This document shows, one piece after another, positions 62,601 to 64,000 of a stretch of DNA of 64,000 bases. The position numbers and the translations under genes are program-made. Positions within the stretch are counted from its first letter, which is position 1. Every line of letters begins with the position of its first letter. The stretch comes from Chara braunii (taxonomy: Eukaryota > Plantae > Charophyceae). Location of the stretch: assembly GCA_003427395.1 (NCBI GenBank), contig BFEA01000008.1:181204-245203 (forward strand), read 5' to 3'. The notes beneath the pieces are model-generated. The model saw only the letters and a program-made list of their open reading frames with translations, was not told the DNA's origin and searched no databases.

Positions 62601-64000
62601 GAAGAAACTGACTACAATCACGTCCAGAGCTTAGTAGAAAAAGTCCTCGTGTCAGTAGGACTTATTTGGATGTATCTGACTGCTTTTACTGCCATACGTG
62701 GATGCACGTGGCCCCAGTTTACGTCCAGTTAAAAAGTATGCCCTGTGGGGTACACACACACAAAAAAAAAAGGAAGGGGAAAATTGCATCTGGCAATACC
62801 CACTATACCCAGTCCCAGCACCCAGCTTGCATCTATACCCAGACCCTGTCCAACTTAAACCACCAGTACTTGGCCCAGCTATGGGCCGCTGGCAAAAAAT
62901 AGAGTAGAAAGTTTCTACTCAAATGAGTTTGGGAGCTCCTGTAGTGGTCCGTACTTTTCTTAAAATTGTGGATTGTTAACGGGTACGACTTTTGGAAGTA
63001 CTGGTGGCAAGGGTTGTGCTCCAGTGCAGGGGTCTTCCAGGAATTCTCGGAAGACCTTTAAGAACGGCGCTCGTGCTGTAAGAAATCGTGGGGCTCCACC
63101 TGCCTGCCCTTTCGGGACCCTCACGAGAACACCTCAAGCATGGGCCAATAGTGATCTCCACACTGAAGCCAGAATCGTGGCCTGAGTCTCAAGTTAAGAA
63201 CCCCAGAATCAGCTAGCGATAGTGGAGAACAGAGGAGAACTCCGACTTTCAGTGATTGTAGGGAATTGGTCAGTGAACTTCGGCAGAATCCCCGAAAGAA
63301 AAAATGTGGAAGAGCCAGTGGAGCCCACAATTCTTCGAGGAATTCCTCAAAGAATCCGGAGTGGAGCACAAGCCTAATACCCCACTTTTCCGGTACCTGT
63401 ACCCAGTCACACAGGCACACAGTGTGCCGGACCCGCCGGGATGGCGGTCCGTTAGGATGGAGACGAAGGAGGAGGTAGAGATGGAGCTGGAGGGGACAGC
63501 GCAGCTCCGACGCAGACTCCACACGCAAGTACTCCAAGATCTGCGAAAGTGAAGAATGCTGAAAAACAGACTGCAGCTGGGGTATACCCCCAGCGGACTG
63601 ACTGGACTGGACTGGACTGGCCTGGTACCGACCGTGGTACCGGGCGGGACTGGACTGGACTGAAACAATATACGGCCTGTGGGGTCAGGCCANGACCTGG
63701 TCCCACAGGCCGAACTGGCAAATAGCCAAATAGGCCCTGGCTGTAGGCCAGGGCAGATGAAGGCCCGCTGCACGATCCTCAGACCTGTAATGGATCGCAA
63801 GAGCCATAAACACGCTATCCGCAACAGCAGCGGAACTCTGTAATAAAGAAGGCTGAGAAATCTAGGATGCGGAGCAAGCTCCATGCGGAGTCCATGTGAT
63901 GCATCCTAAGCTGCATAATGTCAAAAGAAAAACAAATGTCTGGTATACATGTCCTAACTAACAGCAGAAAATGAAATGTAGCATGATACAATCCTAAAGT

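Overview
Eukaryotic, transposon-saturated draft scaffold with N-gaps and a leftover Nextera adapter. The repeat content suggests a charophyte alga such as Chara; that is an inference and was not checked. Most of the window is nested Ty3/Gypsy LTR retrotransposons, all with TG..CA ends and 4-bp TSDs where both ends are intact, inserted into LINE remnants and into each other. There is also one host-like 7.4-kb ORF encoding a degenerate URT1/TUTase-like protein, a U2 snRNA fragment and a MITE. The main observation concerns the TGTGAC..GTCACA Gypsy family, which has non-canonical, circularly permuted termini. The 5' LTR abuts the tRNA-Met PBS without a terminal CA. The terminal 10 nt (GCGCGTCACA) are instead copied just upstream of the 3' LTR, where a palindromic CGTCACA-TA-TGTGACG site replaces the polypurine tract. 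A tandem LTR-LTR copy preserves the 3' half of a mature tRNA-Met, CCA included, at exactly that junction. Together these suggest (inference) PPT-less, possibly tRNA-primed plus-strand synthesis and integration from a 2-LTR circle. The same family carries a PHD finger fused to integrase, a conserved ~180-aa gene inside its LTRs, and three accessory ORFs.
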